From: a virus
Lineage: Duplodnaviria; Caudoviricetes
IMG/VR virus record: IMGVR_UViG_3300042883_001293
Reading direction: 5' to 3' (one strand)
Length of the DNA stretch: 64,000 nucleotides
Under the pieces are notes generated by a model. The model did no database searches, was not told the DNA's origin, and worked only from the letters and a program-made list of their open reading frames with translations. This document shows positions 63,384 to 64,000 of the stretch, one piece after another (positions within the stretch are counted from its first letter, which is position 1; each line of letters begins with the position of its first letter). The position numbers were made by a program, and so were the translations under genes.

Positions 63384-64000
63384 ATGAGTGACAACATTTA
63401 TCTGGGCAATCCTAATCTAAAAAGAGCAAATACACAAATTCAATTTACGGAAGAACAAATTATAGAGTTCTTGAAGTGTAAAGAAGATCCTGTATATTTT
63501 GCAAAGAACTATATTAAGATTGTTTCTCTGGATCACGGTCTTGTTCCTTTTGAGATGTATCCATTTCAAGAGAAACTTGTAAGAAACTTCCACGAGAACA
63601 GGTTTAATATTTGTAAGATGCCACGGCAGACTGGCAAATCAACCACCTGCGTATCCTACCTGCTCCACTACGCAGTTTTTAACGATAATGTTAATATTGC
63701 CATTCTAGCGAACAAAGCATCTACTGCAAGGGATCTTCTTGGAAGACTGCAACTTGCCTATGAGAATCTACCCAAGTGGATGCAGCAGGGTATTATATCT
63801 TGGAACAAAGGATCACTTGAATTAGAAAATGGATCAAAAATTTCATCAAACTCTACTTCTTCATCTGCTGTCCGAGGCGGATCCTATAATGTCATCTTTT
63901 TGGACGAATTCGCGTTCATCCCGAATCACATTGCTGATGACTTCTTTGCCTCTGTTTATCCTACTATTTCTTCTGGTCAAAGCACAAAGGTAATTATTGT
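63384..64000 (+). CDS. gp17: terminase large subunit gp17 (5' part, runs off the window)
   Basis: hand translation MSDNIYLGNPNLKRAN...; Walker A MPRQTGKST, Walker B IFLDEFAF. Confidence 0.95.
   Translation, partial: MSDNIYLGNPNLKRANTQIQFTEEQIIEFLKCKEDPVYFAKNYIKIVSLDHGLVPFEMYPFQEKLVRNFHENRFNICKMPRQTGKSTTCVSYLLHYAVFNDNVNIAILANKASTARDLLGRLQLAYENLPKWMQQGIISWNKGSLELENGSKISSNSTSSSAVRGGSYNVIFLDEFAFIPNHIADDFFASVYPTISSGQSTKVII

Overview
64 kb segment of a T4-like cyanomyovirus genome. Evidence: cp12, gp25-gp6-gp7-gp8-VrlC-gp13-gp14-gp15-gp16-gp17 in cyanophage order, and ATAAATA late promoters. The host is probably a high-GC picocyanobacterium (inference). 1-20.5 kb is an accessory region of short + strand ORFs. 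It holds cp12, a three-gene restriction-modification-like cassette (two-domain nuclease candidate plus two N6-adenine MTases), a four-gene membrane/lipoprotein operon, a GIY-YIG endonuclease behind an RNA switch, RlpA, and a minus-strand GIY-YIG that has lost its catalytic residues. 20.5-23.5 kb is a largely non-coding control region: 30-bp tandem repeats, two 11-bp-phased ACGAGAT clusters, a GATC cluster, a perfect 25-bp inverted repeat, back-to-back sigma70 promoters and tRNA-Leu(UAA). It is a candidate origin. 21.6-29.3 kb is an array of one-gene cassettes, each with its own repeated promoter-leader module; GC climbs to about 70% and collapses at about 29.4 kb. 29.5-64 kb is the conserved AT-rich structural module, ending in a truncated gp17. 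Several ORFs under 60 aa missed by the ORF track were read by hand, including an NblA-like candidate. All family assignments come from motif recognition without database searches.
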